Positions 36,538 to 46,333 of a stretch of 64,000 bases of DNA are shown here, one piece after another. The stretch covers positions 18,680 through 82,679 of the forward strand of contig JBAZWB010000003.1 of NCBI GenBank assembly GCA_041660605.1, read 5' to 3'. The stretch is from Patescibacteria group bacterium (GTDB lineage Bacteria > Patescibacteriota > Patescibacteriia > UBA10025 > JAHIVO01). The notes under the pieces were generated by a model that saw only the letters and a program-made list of their open reading frames with translations, searched no databases and was not told the origin of the DNA. The translations under genes and the position numbers were made by a program. Positions within the stretch are counted from its first letter, which is position 1. Each line of letters begins with the position of its first letter.

Positions 36538-39105
36538 ATGCCAAACAATGAAAAGCCAGTTTCAGAAAGCGAAATGAGACTGCGTAATCAGAATGCCGCC
36601 AGCCCGGAACAATGCCTGGGCAGTCTTCAGACGACCGCGCATGGACTAGATCGCGGTGAAGTCGGGAAACGTCTGCGCGAATATGGATACAATGAGATAG
36701 TCAAAAAGGGCAAGCAAAGCATAGTCCTGGAAATACTATCAAAATTTAAAAATCCGCTGGTCATCGGCCTGATCGTCATCGCGATTTTTTCATTTTTTTT
36801 CGGTGAAAAAATCAGCGCCGTCATCGTCGTAAGCATGGCCGTATTATCAGTCGTTTTATCATTTATTCAGGAGCATAAAGCGCAAAAAAACGCTGAAAAG
36901 CTCCAGGCCATGGTACGCGTGACGGCCCGGGTTCTGCGTTCGGGGAGAATTACGGAAGTTCAGCTGAAAGAGCTGGTGCCCGGGGATATCATCGAACTGT
37001 CAGCGGGCGTCATGCTGCCGGCGGACGTGAAAATTATTTCCGCCAAGGACCTTTTTGTCAACCAATCCACGCTGAATGGCGAATCGTTTCCTGTAGAAAA
37101 ATTCCCTACGCCGCAGAATCAAAAAACCGAAACAATTTTTGACCTGGACACTATCGCTTTTATGGGCACCAGCGTGGCTAATGGAACCGCGCAGGGCGTG
37201 GTGGTGGCTACCGGCCAGCACACGCAATTCGGTCAGCTGTCCAAGCACCTCATTTCAGACGAACCGCCGACTGCCTTTGACGTCGGCATTAAAAAATTCA
37301 CTCTCCTGATGCTCACGCTTATTGCCATACTCTGCGCATTTATCTTTGCGATTAATGCGATCACCGGCCGGCACAGTGTCCTGGATTCCCTGATCTTCGC
37401 CCTGGCGGTGGCTGTCGGCATCGCGCCGGAAATGCTCCCCATGATTGTTACCGTCAATCTGTCCAAAGGCGCCCTGCGCATGGCGAAAAAAGACGTGATA
37501 ATCAAACGGCTTGATGCCATCCAAAACTTAGGTGCTATGGATGTGCTCTGCACGGACAAAACCGGCACCCTGACGCTGGACAGCGTTTCACTGGTCCGCT
37601 ATTGCGATCCGTTCGGCCAGGTCGATGAAAATGTGCTTAAAAAAGCGTATATCAACAGCACCAACCAAACCGGCCTGCAGAACCTGCTGGACAAAGCCGT
37701 CTTAAGATTCAAAAAATTCGCTATCGATGGAATTAATAAAATAGACGAGATCCCTTTTGATTTTGAGCGGAAAATAATGTCAGTCGTAGTCGAAGAAAAA
37801 GGCCGGCATCAGCTGATTGCCAAGGGAGCTCCGGAAGAAATTTTTAAGCGCTGCCGGCATTACACCTCCTCCGAGGGGACACAGCCGATGACAGCCGAAC
37901 AGCAGCAGTTGTTCCGCGAGCGGGAAGCGGCCTTTAACCATGACGGATTCCGCGTGCTGGCCATCGCTTCACGCGTATTTGAAAAACATCAAGACGCATA
38001 TAATAAAGAAGATGAACAAGACCTGATTTTTGAGGGCTTCACCGCTTTTCTGGATCCGCCGAAACCCACGGCGCGCGAAGCCATTCTTTCGCTGGAAAAA
38101 CTCGGCGTGACGCTGAAAATTCTTTCCGGCGACAATGCCTTGGTAAATCAGAAAATCTGCAAGGAAGTCGGCATTGCCGTCGATAAAATTGTCACCGGAC
38201 CGGAAATTGACAAGATGTCCGATGAGCAGCTGCAGGCAGTGGTTGAGGAAGCCGATATTTTTGCCCGCGTCATGCCTCTGCAAAAGGAACGCATCATCAG
38301 GGCTTTGCAGGCGAAAAAGCATATTGTCGGATTCCTCGGCGACGGCATCAATGACTCGCCCGCCCTAAAAGCGGCGGATACCGGCATTTCCGTTGATAAT
38401 GCCGCTGATATCGCCAAGGAAACTGCGGACATTATTTTATTGAAAAAATCCCTGAATGTGCTGTCTGACTGCGTGCGTGAAGGCCGGAGGACGTTTGCCA
38501 ATACGCTGAAATATATTAAGATGGGCGCCAGCTCGAACTTCGGCAACATGCTTTCCATGACCGGCGCCAGCATTTTTCTGCCGTTCCTGCCCATGCTGGC
38601 CACCCAGATTCTGCTTAATAATTTCCTGTATGATCTGTCGCAGGTAACGATCCCCACTGATGACGTTGACGAAGAGTATGTGGAAAAACCTAGGCCCTGG
38701 GATATCAAATACATCAGGGAATTCATCCTGGCCCTCGGCCCGGTCAGCTCAATTTTTGATTTCACTACTTTCGGCATCATGCTCTGGGTTTTCCATGCCA
38801 ATGAGCATTTATTCCAGACCGGCTGGTTCGTTGAATCGCTGTTCACGCAGACCTTCGTTATTTATATTATTCGTACGCATAAAATTCCCTTTTTCCAGAG
38901 CCGACCAAGCAAAATTCTTTTATACGCAACTCTCGGTATCGTAGCCACCGGGTGCATTATTCCCTATACGCCAATTGGAGCCTGGTTCAATTTCGTACCT
39001 CTGCCGCCGCTTTTCTTCCTAATCCTCTTGGGCATTGCCGTCGCCTACCTCCTGCTGGCGCAACTGGTAAAAGTTATTTTTGTTAAAAAATTCGGATTTG
39101 AGTAA
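36538..39105 (+). CDS. mgtA: Magnesium-translocating P-type ATPase
   Basis: PEMLP, DKTGTLT, GDGIND, SSNFGN and NNFLYD motifs. Confidence 0.95.
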   Translation: MPNNEKPVSESEMRLRNQNAASPEQCLGSLQTTAHGLDRGEVGKRLREYGYNEIVKKGKQSIVLEILSKFKNPLVIGLIVIAIFSFFFGEKISAVIVVSMAVLSVVLSFIQEHKAQKNAEKLQAMVRVTARVLRSGRITEVQLKELVPGDIIELSAGVMLPADVKIISAKDLFVNQSTLNGESFPVEKFPTPQNQKTETIFDLDTIAFMGTSVANGTAQGVVVATGQHTQFGQLSKHLISDEPPTAFDVGIKKFTLLMLTLIAILCAFIFAINAITGRHSVLDSLIFALAVAVGIAPEMLPMIVTVNLSKGALRMAKKDVIIKRLDAIQNLGAMDVLCTDKTGTLTLDSVSLVRYCDPFGQVDENVLKKAYINSTNQTGLQNLLDKAVLRFKKFAIDGINKIDEIPFDFERKIMSVVVEEKGRHQLIAKGAPEEIFKRCRHYTSSEGTQPMTAEQQQLFREREAAFNHDGFRVLAIASRVFEKHQDAYNKEDEQDLIFEGFTAFLDPPKPTAREAILSLEKLGVTLKILSGDNALVNQKICKEVGIAVDKIVTGPEIDKMSDEQLQAVVEEADIFARVMPLQKERIIRALQAKKHIVGFLGDGINDSPALKAADTGISVDNAADIAKETADIILLKKSLNVLSDCVREGRRTFANTLKYIKMGASSNFGNMLSMTGASIFLPFLPMLATQILLNNFLYDLSQVTIPTDDVDEEYVEKPRPWDIKYIREFILALGPVSSIFDFTTFGIMLWVFHANEHLFQTGWFVESLFTQTFVIYIIRTHKIPFFQSRPSKILLYATLGIVATGCIIPYTPIGAWFNFVPLPPLFFLILLGIAVAYLLLAQLVKVIFVKKFGFE

Positions 39106-39130
39106 TTACCTTGGTTATTGTTTTTTGAAT

Positions 39131-39165
39131 AAAAAAGACCGGAATCCTGTTATAGGACTCCGGGC
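39131..39165 (-). terminator. Intrinsic terminator
   Basis: CCGGAATCCT / AGGACTCCGG with a minus-strand U-tract. Confidence 0.65.
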
Positions 39166-39189
39166 GAAATTTTCCAATCAGTTAGCAGT

Positions 39190-39438
39190 TTAATGCTTTT
39201 TTGCCGCTAACTTTCTCCCTACCAGATCGATGAGGTTCGAGACGGTTACGATCTTCTCGACTTCATCATCTTTGATTATGATCCCGAATGCATCCTCTAC
39301 TTTCATAGCCAGATCTGAAACATCCAATGAATCAATGTCCAGGTCGTCAGCGAAGTTCTTATTCGGTGTTACGTCATCTGCCTTTTTTTCATATTGTTCG
39401 CAAATGATGGCGATAACACTCTGCTCTGTAGTTGGCAT
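39190..39438 (-). CDS. acpP: Acyl carrier protein
   Basis: F..DLDIDSLD...L...VEDAFGI.I.D; GGAGG SD; TTGACA-17-TAAAGT promoter at 39482-39510. Confidence 0.88.
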   Translation of the reverse strand: MPTTEQSVIAIICEQYEKKADDVTPNKNFADDLDIDSLDVSDLAMKVEDAFGIIIKDDEVEKIVTVSNLIDLVGRKLAAKKH

Positions 39439-39564
39439 GACCTTGCCTCCATAAAAAAGTTACGATATTTAGGTTTTTATCACTTTAGCTGAAGTTTGAA
39501 TAACTGTCAATCATGTTTGATTAATGAAATAAAGTTGCTGATGATCAATAGTCTCATGACTGAG

Positions 39565-39599
39565 TTTTTAGCCATTTTCAATATATAAGAAAAGTGGGG
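39565..39599 (+). repeat. 35-bp imperfect direct repeat, left copy
   Basis: TTTTTAGCCAT-N14-AAAAGTGGGG; 29/35 identical to 41576-41610. Confidence 0.7.
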
Positions 39600-39646
39600 T
39601 CAAATCACTTGCTCGCATTAAGACAATATGGTACCTTTGTCTAACT

Positions 39647-41551
39647 ATGAAAAAGATTATTGCTGGAATTCTTTCGCTGGCTGGTTGTGCCGCCTACGCA
39701 TTCATTCCCATAAAGGCGGTACTTCCTTCGTTTGTCGTCCATACCGCAGAACAGCAACAATCCGTACAAACGCAGAAATATCCGAATACGCCATTCAAGG
39801 ATTTCGGCTCTGATGCTCCATGGGTGCATCGCGCTGGGCTGGCGGCTGATATCCCCGTGATCACGTTCATCAAGGACGCAGACCAGGATTCTGTTCTGCT
39901 GGATTATGTAAGGTTTATTCGCCAAGACACTGGCCAAAGCGTTGGCGTGTATAATCCGGTCCCTGATATTACCTTAGACCAGCCATACTGGTGGCTGCGT
40001 TTGAACGGGCTGACCCCAAACTCATTAGGCCTCGCCTATGGCGATACATTGAAGTTGCGGGTTGAAATTCACTTTCGTGATCAGCTTATTTGGCATAATT
40101 ACACGCAGAATCTTCAAATTAAAATCGCCCAGCCGTGGCCGGAGCTATCAGGGTGGTATCGCGGAGACACGCATCATCATAGCTGGTATACCCAGGATAC
40201 TTTTGATTTTGGGAGTGAATTGGGGTTTGACGCTGATGCCGCCAAAGACATCGGCTTATCATGGGTGGCGCTGACTGAACACTCATATGATGTTACGCAA
40301 TCAGAGTGGCAGGATATGAAGACCCGTACCGCTAGCTTGTCTTCACCGCAATTCCAATTATTGCCGGGACTGGAATTTTCAGCTGATTCAAATAACGTTA
40401 ATGACCCGCTTGACGACCGTATCCACATCGTGGGGCTTGGCCTGCAGAATTGGATAGCTGGTCCGGACATTGTTCCGACGTTTGACGTCAATGCAACACA
40501 GCCAAAAACATTATCTGCCGTATTATCAGATATTGAGGCGCAGAACGGCATTGCCTACACCGCGCATCCCGAAACCAACTCAATTCCGATAGATATATAC
40601 GGTTTTCTGGCAAAATGGACAGATCAAAATTATTCGGAAGCGCAACAGTCCAAAGCATTCATGGGATTGCAGATTTTCAATGAACGCCCCACCTCGGAAA
40701 ACAATACCAGCATAACTACCGATAACATCAATCCTTTCCCCTGGATCCCAAATCCGAATTGGGATACGGAATGGCTGCGTGGCATTGCTAAATACAATTC
40801 TTTGGTTAAGGCGAATTTGACCCGCAAATTATTCATGCTTGGCGGCGCTGATGCCCACGGGGATGCCAATTACAAAACATTTAATGCTCAGGGTGCATTT
40901 AATTTTGCGGCGAATGAAACCGCGTATGGCAGAATTCATACAGCGCTCTATCTGCCTAACGGCCTTACCAATGAATCAATTATTGATGCCTTAAGAAACG
41001 GGCAGGCGATTTCAACCGACGGTCCGCTCGGCGCCTTCGATATTCGCAATAATCAGGATGAAGTTGTCGCCTCAATTGGCGATACGCTGCCATATACTGA
41101 CGGGCTGACCCTGCATATCAATGCGGCCTCAAGCGCTGAATTCGGTAATTTTGATAAAGCGGTCATCCATGTGCTGGCAAAAAATGATGAACGCCACATT
41201 GATATTCCTTTATCAGGGTTGCAGGCGATTGCCTCAAAAGAACTGTCGACATTTGGCATTACTGCGCCATTTGCGGTCTGGGTTGAGACGCGCACGCAAT
41301 CAGGGTATCGCAGTTTCGCAAATCCTATTTGGATTTACCCAGCCCAGGTCTGCGGTGATGCGGATGGTGATGGATCGGTGAATATCGCCGATGCGGTATA
41401 TACCGTTAATTATATTTTTAATCATGGCCCACAGCCGTATTACGGCGATAACAACAATGATGGCATGATTGACATTAGTGATGTGGTTTATCTCGTCAGT
41501 TACATTTTTTCACACGGTCCAGCTCCGCTTTGCGGCCCACTAAAAAACTAA
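39647..41551 (+). CDS. Secreted PHP-like (CehA/McbA-type) metallohydrolase with a C-terminal type I dockerin
   Basis: GWYRGDTHHHS, LTEH, PGLE, AHP and GGADAH; duplicated GDADGDGSVNIADAVY / GDNNNDGMIDISDVVY. Confidence 0.85.
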   Translation: MKKIIAGILSLAGCAAYAFIPIKAVLPSFVVHTAEQQQSVQTQKYPNTPFKDFGSDAPWVHRAGLAADIPVITFIKDADQDSVLLDYVRFIRQDTGQSVGVYNPVPDITLDQPYWWLRLNGLTPNSLGLAYGDTLKLRVEIHFRDQLIWHNYTQNLQIKIAQPWPELSGWYRGDTHHHSWYTQDTFDFGSELGFDADAAKDIGLSWVALTEHSYDVTQSEWQDMKTRTASLSSPQFQLLPGLEFSADSNNVNDPLDDRIHIVGLGLQNWIAGPDIVPTFDVNATQPKTLSAVLSDIEAQNGIAYTAHPETNSIPIDIYGFLAKWTDQNYSEAQQSKAFMGLQIFNERPTSENNTSITTDNINPFPWIPNPNWDTEWLRGIAKYNSLVKANLTRKLFMLGGADAHGDANYKTFNAQGAFNFAANETAYGRIHTALYLPNGLTNESIIDALRNGQAISTDGPLGAFDIRNNQDEVVASIGDTLPYTDGLTLHINAASSAEFGNFDKAVIHVLAKNDERHIDIPLSGLQAIASKELSTFGITAPFAVWVETRTQSGYRSFANPIWIYPAQVCGDADGDGSVNIADAVYTVNYIFNHGPQPYYGDNNNDGMIDISDVVYLVSYIFSHGPAPLCGPLKN

Positions 41552-41575
41552 TGAAATAACCATCGAGGCTGCAAT

Positions 41576-41610
41576 TTTTTAGCCATAATCAGCAAATAAA
41601 AAAAGTGGGG
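41576..41610 (+). repeat. 35-bp imperfect direct repeat, right copy (overlaps the OPT terminator)
   Basis: TTTTTAGCCAT-N14-AAAAGTGGGG. Confidence 0.7.
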
Positions 41611-41632
41611 CTCGCCGGAGCAAGCCTCACTC
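41598..41632 (-). terminator. Intrinsic terminator of the OPT gene
   Basis: AGTGGGGCT...AGCCTCACT with a minus-strand U7 tract. Confidence 0.7.
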
Positions 41633-41644
41633 ATTGTTGAAGAG

Positions 41645-43468
41645 CTAAAGAATCCCAAAATAGAACAGAACCGGCAGTATAAGGCCAGCAATCAAGGCCT
41701 CGCCCGCGATAAACCCGGCAGCTAGAGTTATACAGTACCTCTCGTGGGTCACCGGGGAGACCTTCGACCAGATCCAGCCCCCAATTGCGCCAATGGCAAT
41801 GGGAATGTTAAGGGTGCCGGGAAGAATCAGGGCAAAACCAAATGCCGAAGCGCTAGGCAGCCACCGCCATTTTTTGATGTCACGTCCGATGGTCAACAAT
41901 ATTCCGGCGATAGCAGCGACTATGGTCCAGTTCAGCGCGGCCGGCGGAAAAGCTCCAAAGCCCTTAGACATAAGTACGGCCATATTAGCCAGCTTCAGTC
42001 CGGTCGGTGCCGCTAAACCACCTTCGGTACCCAGAGGATAGCGCGCCACCAGTATCGGATACATGATGGCAATGGCCGCTGCGCCGATGGGGATAGACAA
42101 GAACTGAACCCATGTCAGAATGCGCGGCGTGGAACCGAGAATCTTGCCCGTCCTATAGACCTGCATGGTGCCTTCGCCTTGAGCATTAATGTCCCCGGAC
42201 ATACCTGCAGCTACCAGATTGTGCCCGATATGAGGAGAAAAAAGCCGGAAAAATGCCTGGGCGGTATTAGCCATCAGCGAAACTGGTCCCTGGTTAGTCT
42301 CCCCTAAGACACGCACGCCAGCTAAAATCAGCGGGAAGCCGATCAATACCGAAAGCACAGTCTGCCAAATTGGCATATGAAAATGCGCCTGCTGGATAAA
42401 AGCCAACACTAGAGTCAAGACGGAAATCAATATGACTATTGTACGCAGGGGGACCTCTTCTTTTGGCGCGCCTGGATGGCTGGCTACCGAAAGATTCCTG
42501 AACATCTGGCCGATGGAACGCAACTTCAGCAAAACCGCAGTCAAAGCGGAAAAAATCATCAGTGCCGTGGCTGGCCACATGAACCAGAGCATCATCACCA
42601 TATAATGGCTGCCGCCCTGATACTGTTTGTAAACCGAGCTGCCGAACTGGCTGACCAACTGCTGCTGTGTCACATTCAAACTATCAGGCGAGACATTAAC
42701 AAAAGACATTAACTCTGCCGCATGCTGGGGATCCAGAGTATTCTGGACGATCTGCAGGCCGGCATGGTCGACCACAGCCGGACCCAAGTAATAAATCACT
42801 GCAGTGCCCAACAGCATAGAGAGCCCAATCCCGAGACCCACGATCAAGCCAGTACCGACCGAGAGTAAATTCCATTCCAGACCGATAGCCAAAGGCTTCT
42901 GAATAAAAATAGAACCGGCTTTCCCTAGACCATCACGGACAAAAGCCAGAGCACCACTTATAAACGCGCCTACGCCAAGACCGGCTATTTTATCGCCCGA
43001 ACCGCCAGTACTGTCCAGCACCTTGATGGTTTCTGCTGCAGCTACACCATCAGCAAAAATCATATCAGGATCTTCCATGAAATAGCGTCGGAAAAGCGCC
43101 GCTACCATGACGCCAATAGTGCCTGAACAGGACAACCAGGTAAAAATCCCCCAGCTCGTCAAGTGAATATCATTGACCACTGCCTTGTTCTGGTCCAGGT
43201 ACCCGAACGCCGCGGCAACTACACACATGAATGCGGTGGAAGTGGCCGAAGTCGCCGCCGTCTGGATGATATTGTTCTGGATGGCATTGCTACCGCGGGT
43301 TTTGGCAGCAAAAAGGTTCAGAAATATCGCTCCGAAAAACGCCGCCAAGATACTCATGTTTGGCCCCATGCCCAGCTTCAGGACAATATAAACATAAGCT
43401 GCGGAAATGATGGCCGAAATAAAAAATGCTCCGGTCACCGATTGCCAAGTGATCTCTTTCTGTTTCAC
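41645..43468 (-). CDS. OPT/YSL family oligopeptide transporter
   Basis: Y..LKLG, NNIIQT, F..G.A.AE, GETN..P, AGFIAGEAL; GGAGG precedes the GTG at 43468. Confidence 0.9.
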   Translation of the reverse strand: MKQKEITWQSVTGAFFISAIISAAYVYIVLKLGMGPNMSILAAFFGAIFLNLFAAKTRGSNAIQNNIIQTAATSATSTAFMCVVAAAFGYLDQNKAVVNDIHLTSWGIFTWLSCSGTIGVMVAALFRRYFMEDPDMIFADGVAAAETIKVLDSTGGSGDKIAGLGVGAFISGALAFVRDGLGKAGSIFIQKPLAIGLEWNLLSVGTGLIVGLGIGLSMLLGTAVIYYLGPAVVDHAGLQIVQNTLDPQHAAELMSFVNVSPDSLNVTQQQLVSQFGSSVYKQYQGGSHYMVMMLWFMWPATALMIFSALTAVLLKLRSIGQMFRNLSVASHPGAPKEEVPLRTIVILISVLTLVLAFIQQAHFHMPIWQTVLSVLIGFPLILAGVRVLGETNQGPVSLMANTAQAFFRLFSPHIGHNLVAAGMSGDINAQGEGTMQVYRTGKILGSTPRILTWVQFLSIPIGAAAIAIMYPILVARYPLGTEGGLAAPTGLKLANMAVLMSKGFGAFPPAALNWTIVAAIAGILLTIGRDIKKWRWLPSASAFGFALILPGTLNIPIAIGAIGGWIWSKVSPVTHERYCITLAAGFIAGEALIAGLILPVLFYFGIL

Positions 43469-43651
43469 TTTAACCTCCAATGAAAACAGACTCTATTGAT
43501 TTACTTTATTTCTTTTCAAGGAACCGAGGAAATGTACGTTGAATTATCTTATTCCTTTGGCGTCTTTTGTCAAGCGGAAAGAATATTACCCAACAAGACC
43601 AAACATCCTGGAAATGTTATAATTATTGGACATTAAACTAATTTTATAATA

Positions 43652-44275
43652 ATGGGCCTGACGGAATTCATTGTTAATCACGCCACCTTAATTATTGAAA
43701 AAACCAGCTACCTGGGCATAACTATTTTAATGACGCTGGAAAGCATGATCATGCCTGTCCCTAGCGAGGCAGTTATGCCTTTTGCCGGCTTTTTATTGTA
43801 TGAGCATAAGTTAACTTTTTGGACGATAGTCCTGTTCAGCACGCTGGGCAGCATAATCGGCTCGCTGATCTCCTATTACGCCGGTGCCTATGGCGGGCGT
43901 CCTTTTGTCAGAAAATTCGGTAAGTACCTGCTTTTAAACGAGCACCATCTGGATAAAACCGAGGCTTTCTTTGCCAAATACGGAGATAAAACAATTTTTA
44001 TCAGCCGTTTCATACCTATTGTCCGCCACCTGATCTCAATTCCGGCAGGCGTCGGCCGGATGAATATGAAAAAGTTCATCCTCTATACCATCGTCGGTGC
44101 CGGATTATGGAATGCCTTTCTGACCTGGCTTGGGTACCGGCTGAAAGAAAACTGGGAAACTATCCGGCAGTACACGGAAATTGTTGACATCATTTTAATC
44201 ATTGGCATTATCGCTGTTATTGTTTGGTTTTTTATTCGCCTTAGAAGAAAAAAACTGCCGAGCCAGGATAATTAA
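43652..44275 (+). CDS. DedA family membrane protein
   Basis: ESMIMPVPSE.VMPFAG, RFIPIVRHLISIPAG. Confidence 0.95.
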   Translation: MGLTEFIVNHATLIIEKTSYLGITILMTLESMIMPVPSEAVMPFAGFLLYEHKLTFWTIVLFSTLGSIIGSLISYYAGAYGGRPFVRKFGKYLLLNEHHLDKTEAFFAKYGDKTIFISRFIPIVRHLISIPAGVGRMNMKKFILYTIVGAGLWNAFLTWLGYRLKENWETIRQYTEIVDIILIIGIIAVIVWFFIRLRRKKLPSQDN

Positions 44276-44287
44276 AGCGAAAAAATA

Positions 44288-45418
44288 ATGAATCGCTATA
44301 TTAGCCATCCCCGCCAACTGGCAAAAAAATTTCCCAGCTCAAATTACGCACTGGCGCCAATGCGCCTGGCAAAAATAATTATCTGCCTTTTCACGGTAGC
44401 AGGAATTTTTTTAATAGGCTGGCATTTTCTCTATGCTGCCAGCGAGCCTGGCCCGCAGATTTATGTTTTTAAACAACCAACCGCCACTACAAACACCAGC
44501 ACAGCCGCTAGCCAAAAAATTACGCTCATCGCTGTCGGCGATATCATGCTCTCCAGGAATGTGGAGCAGAAAATGATCAATAAAAAAGACTGGCTCTACC
44601 CTTTTCGGGAAACTTATCAGGCAACGACTAAAGGCGATATTGTCTTCGGCAACCTGGAAACCCCGATCATCGAGGGTCCCATAGTCCAAACCGGGACAAT
44701 GGTTTTCCGCACTGACCCGCAAGCCATTGCCGGATTGGAATACGGCGGGTTTAATATTCTTTCGCTGGCAAATAATCACATGAAAAACCAGGGCGAAAAA
44801 GGCATTGCCAGCACCATTGAAGAGCTGGACAAGGCCGGCATTAAACATATCGGTGCTGGCTTGAATGCTACGGAAGCCGGTGAACCGGCAATTATCGAGG
44901 CAAAAGCGACAACTTTCGGATTTTTAGCCTACAACGACGGCTCTTTTTCGCCGGCCAGTTATGAAGCGACTGAGAGCAGAAGCGGCTCGCCTTTTCTGAA
45001 TACTGAAAAATTGATCAGCGACATTCAAAATTTAAAAAGCCAGGCGGATGTAATTATTGTCTCCATGCACGCCGGCACGGAATATAATCTCCAACCAAAC
45101 CAAAAACAGATAGACTTCGCCCATACGGCCATTGATAACGGCGCCCAGCTGGTCATTGGCCATCACCCGCACGTGCTCGAACCATACGAAAAATACAACG
45201 GCGGATATATTTTTTACAGTCTGGGAAATTTCATATTTGATCAGATGTGGTCGGAAAACACCAGGCATGGCGCCATCGCTAAAATTATCTTCAGTCAGGA
45301 TAGGATAGAAAGCTTCGAACTTACCCCGGTTAAAATTTACGACTACTCCCAGCCAAAAATTGCCGAAGGCACCCAGGCTGAAGAAATTCTGTCGCAAATT
45401 CAGGATTTTACAAAATGA
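44288..45418 (+). CDS. CapA (PGA_cap) family metallophosphatase
   Basis: VGDIML, GNLE, LANNH, HAGTE, GHHPHV and YSLGNFIFDQ. Confidence 0.92.
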   Translation: MNRYISHPRQLAKKFPSSNYALAPMRLAKIIICLFTVAGIFLIGWHFLYAASEPGPQIYVFKQPTATTNTSTAASQKITLIAVGDIMLSRNVEQKMINKKDWLYPFRETYQATTKGDIVFGNLETPIIEGPIVQTGTMVFRTDPQAIAGLEYGGFNILSLANNHMKNQGEKGIASTIEELDKAGIKHIGAGLNATEAGEPAIIEAKATTFGFLAYNDGSFSPASYEATESRSGSPFLNTEKLISDIQNLKSQADVIIVSMHAGTEYNLQPNQKQIDFAHTAIDNGAQLVIGHHPHVLEPYEKYNGGYIFYSLGNFIFDQMWSENTRHGAIAKIIFSQDRIESFELTPVKIYDYSQPKIAEGTQAEEILSQIQDFTK

Positions 45419-45458
45419 GCATTTTCTGATATAATAAAGTAGCAATTATAAAATAAAT

Positions 45459-46331
45459 ATGAAAAAAATCACCAAAGTCGTAATTCCTGCGGCTGGATAC
45501 GGCACCCGCTTCTTACCGGCGACAAAAGCTCAGCCAAAAGAAATGCTCCCCATCGTGGATAAGCCGATTATTCAATATGTGGTGGAAGAAGCGGTAAATT
45601 CGGGAATTAAGGATATTATCATAGTGACCAACTCGCTGAAAAGGTCGCTGGAAGACCATTTTGACTATTCTTTTGAACTTGAACATCAGCTGAAAGAAGG
45701 CGGCAAATTAAAAGAGTTTGAAGAAGTGCGCCGCATCGCCAAAATGGCTAATTTTATTTATATCCGCCAGAAAGGGCCGTACGGCAATGCCACGCCGGTC
45801 ATTTCAGCCGCGCATATCCTGGACAATGAACCTTTTGCCGTGCTTTGGGGTGATGAATTCATCTACAGCAACCCTCCGCGCCTTAAGCAGCTCCTGGATG
45901 TTTATGACAAATATCACTGCTCGGTTATCAGCGCAGTGCGTATTCCTGACAAAAATGACGTTTCCAAATACGGCATCGCTGAAATAAAGCCGGTCAAGGA
46001 CAATGTTTATCAGATAATGTCCCTGGTGGAAAAACCCAAGCCGGAAGAGGCGCCCTCAAACCTGGCCACTCACGGCGGATACGTTTTCACTCCCGGAATT
46101 TTTAAGCACCTCAAAGACATCAAGCCAGGAAAAGCCGGAGAAATTTGGCTGGTAGACGCCATAAAAAGCCTGATGCAGGAAGAAAAAGTCTATGCCTGCG
46201 AGATAAAAGACGGCCACTATTACGATACCGGAAACAAGCTGGAATATCTGAAAGCTAACATTGATTTCGCCCTGCAGCGGGACGATCTCCGCCAGCCACT
46301 GCTTGATTATCTTAAAACTATTAAAAAATAA
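45459..46331 (+). CDS. galU: UTP-glucose-1-phosphate uridylyltransferase
   Basis: PAAGYGTRFLPATKAQPKEMLPIVDKP, VEKP. Confidence 0.95.
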   Translation: MKKITKVVIPAAGYGTRFLPATKAQPKEMLPIVDKPIIQYVVEEAVNSGIKDIIIVTNSLKRSLEDHFDYSFELEHQLKEGGKLKEFEEVRRIAKMANFIYIRQKGPYGNATPVISAAHILDNEPFAVLWGDEFIYSNPPRLKQLLDVYDKYHCSVISAVRIPDKNDVSKYGIAEIKPVKDNVYQIMSLVEKPKPEEAPSNLATHGGYVFTPGIFKHLKDIKPGKAGEIWLVDAIKSLMQEEKVYACEIKDGHYYDTGNKLEYLKANIDFALQRDDLRQPLLDYLKTIKK

Positions 46332-46333
46332 TA

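Noticed and set aside
38148-38846. 232-aa minus-strand ORF and similar overlapping ORFs throughout the window
   Set aside because: They lie antisense to well-supported genes such as mgtA and have no recognisable motifs
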